This document shows positions 47,354-49,691 of a stretch of 49,691 nucleotides of DNA, piece by piece. Both the position numbers and the translations under genes were made by a program. Under the pieces are notes generated by a model. It was not told the origin of the DNA. It made no database searches and saw only the letters and a program-made list of their open reading frames with translations. Position 1 is the first letter of the stretch. Each line of letters starts with the position of its first letter. Source of the DNA: Candidatus Micrarchaeota archaeon (GTDB lineage Archaea > Micrarchaeota > Micrarchaeia > Anstonellales > Bilamarchaeaceae). Location of the stretch: assembly GCA_016926175.1 (NCBI GenBank), contig JAFGPA010000012.1, forward strand, positions 1 to 49,691. The letters are read 5' to 3'.

Positions 47354-47733
47354 ACGAATCCCAGGCTTGACTTTGATTTCATGGTTACTATTTTTATTCT
47401 GTGAGATTTCAGCCGCCGTCTGAGATTTGTGTCGTTGGTACAGACAATTGCGTTGGTCTCCTTGGAATAATTTACTATCCAATCATCTACAGCAGCGTCA
47501 TTTTTAATTATTTCAATGGGATTTGTCTCAAGAATCCTGAGGGCAAGGCGTGCTGCAATGCCATTTTTTCCTTTTCCCTTTCCTATTTTCTTAAGCTCGC
47601 TTATGGTCTGTGATGAAATTGCAAATTTATGGCTCACCTCCAGCATCTGCTCCAGCTCCTTGAAGATGTTTATCTTGAACTGAAAAGGCACAAGAAGGAA
47701 GTTAGTATCTAGTATTATGATTTTTGGAGGCAT
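47350..47733 (-). CDS. PIN-domain ribonuclease (Fcf1/Utp24-like)
   Basis: ILDTNFL, EL, VDD and VCTND..LRRRL. Confidence 0.88.
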   Translation of the reverse strand: MPPKIIILDTNFLLVPFQFKINIFKELEQMLEVSHKFAISSQTISELKKIGKGKGKNGIAARLALRILETNPIEIIKNDAAVDDWIVNYSKETNAIVCTNDTNLRRRLKSHRIKIVTMKSKSSLGFV

Positions 47734-47864
47734 ATATCTGCTACGGCGGGGGGGCATAAAAAGCTTCCTTATGAAGATGTGGGAGAATATGTGTAAAAAG
47801 GAATATTTATAAACATTTCTTATCTTAATATTGTTATACTCAAGGGGAGAGGGTGAAATAAACC

Positions 47865-48767
47865 ATGATAGAAAAAACAAAAAAAGAAGGTAGAGATATA
47901 CAAGCCTCTGTGAAGAGGAATGTTACTGCACTGGGCAGGAAAGCAGTATTGGCATCATCAATTATGTTGATTGCAGCGTGCGGCAGCAGGGAGGAATCCA
48001 AATCTTCAGATAATGCTTCTGGAGGCAGCTCCGGTGTTGCAGGCACAGGAACCGGCGGCCAGACTGAAAGCGGCGGAACTGCAGGCCAGACTGAAAGCGG
48101 CGGAACTGCCGGCAGCGGAGGCACCACATGTCCTATTTCAGCCAGATACAATGTTGATTGCGAATCAACATCTTCAATATCGGCAACCATGGAAGTGAAC
48201 GAGGAAATGAAAATCGGAACTGAAAATGGGGCAATTTCGCTTAGGCTCGCAGGAGTTGTTGGAAGGAATTTTGAAGTCTCCCAATGGTATGCTTATGACG
48301 AAACATGCGCAGACTCTAATGAAGAAATTACAGAGGGAACCTCAAAGATTGTTGCTGCTGGAAGCAAAAGAGTGGATGTAACAGTTCATGAAATAGCACC
48401 TGATACAAGCGACGGAAAAATAAAGGTCACTACCACTTTCTCGGCAGTATGCGGGAATCTGCCTGTTGTTGATGGAGGAGCCGGTGCTTCAGGCGAAGGC
48501 TGCGGCGCAGTTCAGGAAGAAGGACAGGAGGCAACTTTCAACGTTGGCGACAGCGTCACGGTCGGAAATGTCACATTTGAGCTGGTATCCACAAGCACAG
48601 TATCTGCAGTAGTGGCAGTTTCATGCACAGATGCTGTTCCAGGAGAAATAACTGTTAATGCAGGATCAGTTGCAGGATATGATCTTGAAACTCATGAAGC
48701 TGAGGTAGAAAATATATGGAGCAATCCGGTTCAGGCCAGATTGAAGCCGTCAGTAAATAATAAATAA
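47865..48767 (+). CDS. Gly-rich secreted lipoprotein (paralog 1)
   Basis: GGTGA RBS, long basic n-region, IAAC lipobox, Gly/Ser/Thr linker and Cys-bounded beta domains. Confidence 0.8.
   Translation: MIEKTKKEGRDIQASVKRNVTALGRKAVLASSIMLIAACGSREESKSSDNASGGSSGVAGTGTGGQTESGGTAGQTESGGTAGSGGTTCPISARYNVDCESTSSISATMEVNEEMKIGTENGAISLRLAGVVGRNFEVSQWYAYDETCADSNEEITEGTSKIVAAGSKRVDVTVHEIAPDTSDGKIKVTTTFSAVCGNLPVVDGGAGASGEGCGAVQEEGQEATFNVGDSVTVGNVTFELVSTSTVSAVVAVSCTDAVPGEITVNAGSVAGYDLETHEAEVENIWSNPVQARLKPSVNNK
48057..48109 (+). repeat. 27-bp in-frame tandem repeat x2 (GQTESGGTA)
   Basis: ggccagactgaaagcggcggaactgc occurs at 48057 and 48084. Confidence 0.9.
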
Positions 48768-48779
48768 AGGTGATTATGA

Positions 48780-49691
48780 ATGGTCGAAAAAATAATCAGG
48801 AAAACTCCTGAAGAAAAAAATTCAAATGGATTTAAGAGGGTAAAACTTCTGGCTTCCGTAGCACTCGCAGGAACACTTGCAGCATGCGGCAGCAGGGAGG
48901 AATCTGCACCTGGCATACCATCTGCAGGCGGTGCTGTAGGAAGTGCCGGAGCAACATCCGGCGGATCAACAACCGGAGGAGCAGCAAATGCAGGCGGAAC
49001 AACCAGCAGCGGCGGTTCAACTCAGGCTGGAGGAAATGCCGGCGAAGCAGAAGGAGGAGCTCCTGCATGCCCGGTTAATGTAGAATATAATCTTAGCTGT
49101 GATTCACTCAGCTCAGTCCCGAAAACAATGGTAGTCGGAGAAGAAGTCAACCTTGGCGTTTCAAACGGGGCAATAGTAGTCAGGCTGGCAGAAATAACTG
49201 GCCGAAACTTTGATACGGCGCAGTGGCACGCTTCAAACGAGACATGCGATCAATATCAGATCAGCATCAGTGAAGGACAAAGCTCGGATCTTTGGGTAGC
49301 TACCAATGTAGTCAATGTAAGGGTAAACGAAATTTCACCCGATCCAGTGACACAGGTGGCACTTGTAAATGTTGTATTCTCGGCCGTCTGTGAAGGCGGG
49401 GCCGGAGGCAGTGCCGGAGAAGGTGGAACAACTTCCGGAGCTGGAGGTCAGGCAACTGGCGGCACTGGAAACAGTGCAGGCATTGGAGGTTCTTCTGGAG
49501 AAGCCGGCGTTGGCGGAATTAGCGGCAGTGCCGGAATGTCTGGTGCTGGTGGAGCAACTGGTGGTGTTGGCGGAGTGTCTGGTGCTGGTGGAGCAACTGG
49601 TGGTGTTGGCGGAGTATCTGGTGCTGGTGGAGCAACTTCCGGAGCCGGAGGTCAGGAAACTGGCGGGGCTGGAGGCAGCGTGACATCAGGA
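48780..49691 (+). CDS. Gly-rich secreted lipoprotein (paralog 2), runs off the window end
   Basis: Open for 304 codons from ATG 48780: MVEKIIRK...LAACGSREES...CPVNVEYNLSC...FSAVC, then a long Gly-rich tract; homologous to 47865-48767. Confidence 0.85.
   Translation, partial: MVEKIIRKTPEEKNSNGFKRVKLLASVALAGTLAACGSREESAPGIPSAGGAVGSAGATSGGSTTGGAANAGGTTSSGGSTQAGGNAGEAEGGAPACPVNVEYNLSCDSLSSVPKTMVVGEEVNLGVSNGAIVVRLAEITGRNFDTAQWHASNETCDQYQISISEGQSSDLWVATNVVNVRVNEISPDPVTQVALVNVVFSAVCEGGAGGSAGEGGTTSGAGGQATGGTGNSAGIGGSSGEAGVGGISGSAGMSGAGGATGGVGGVSGAGGATGGVGGVSGAGGATSGAGGQETGGAGGSVTSG
49539..49637 (+). repeat. 39-bp in-frame tandem repeat x2.5 (SGAGGATGGVGGV)
   Basis: Unit tctggtgctggtggagcaactggtggtgttggcggagt starts at 49539 and 49578, with a partial copy at 49617. 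Confidence 0.9.

Noticed and set aside
1097-47613. Numerous short antisense or alternate-frame ORFs in the track
   Set aside because: They overlap well-supported genes and lack an RBS or recognisable motifs.
48884-49683. ORFs 48884-49078 and 49369-49683
   Set aside because: These are alternative-frame reads of the Gly-rich gene starting at 48780.

Overview
A gene-dense 49.7 kb archaeal chromosome segment, most likely DPANN Ca. Micrarchaeota. That placement is inferred from a ~389-aa three-unit (epsilon2-type) tRNA splicing endonuclease, tRNAs with introns at non-canonical positions, and GGTGA Shine-Dalgarno motifs. The core genes are PolD small subunit, PriL/PriS, Cdc6/Orc1, RNase HII, aCPSF1, proteasome beta, TFE, aIF2-gamma, S6e, deoxyhypusine synthase, Sec61-beta, pyrF, purB, nnrD and a P-type ATPase. 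There are five tRNA genes: Arg-CCT (2 introns), Arg-TCT (3 introns), Trp-CCA (1), Ser-GCT (0) and Leu-TAA (one 114-nt intron containing a 32-bp direct repeat). The most notable unexplained features are: (i) a tightly coupled five-gene membrane operon around a VirB4/HerA-like ATPase; (ii) two tandem unannotated ~80% acidic micropeptides, each with its own RBS, just upstream of the triple-intron tRNA; (iii) bacterial-looking, myxobacteria-like accessory genes (Hanks kinase, FGE-sulfatase-domain protein, Gly-rich lipoprotein paralogs, NAGS-type GNAT); (iv) a secreted protein resembling an outer-membrane beta-barrel; (v) an apparently decaying LAGLIDADG gene whose stop codon lies inside a tRNA; and (vi) a probable ATC start codon. 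All family assignments come from motif recognition by eye; no searches were run.
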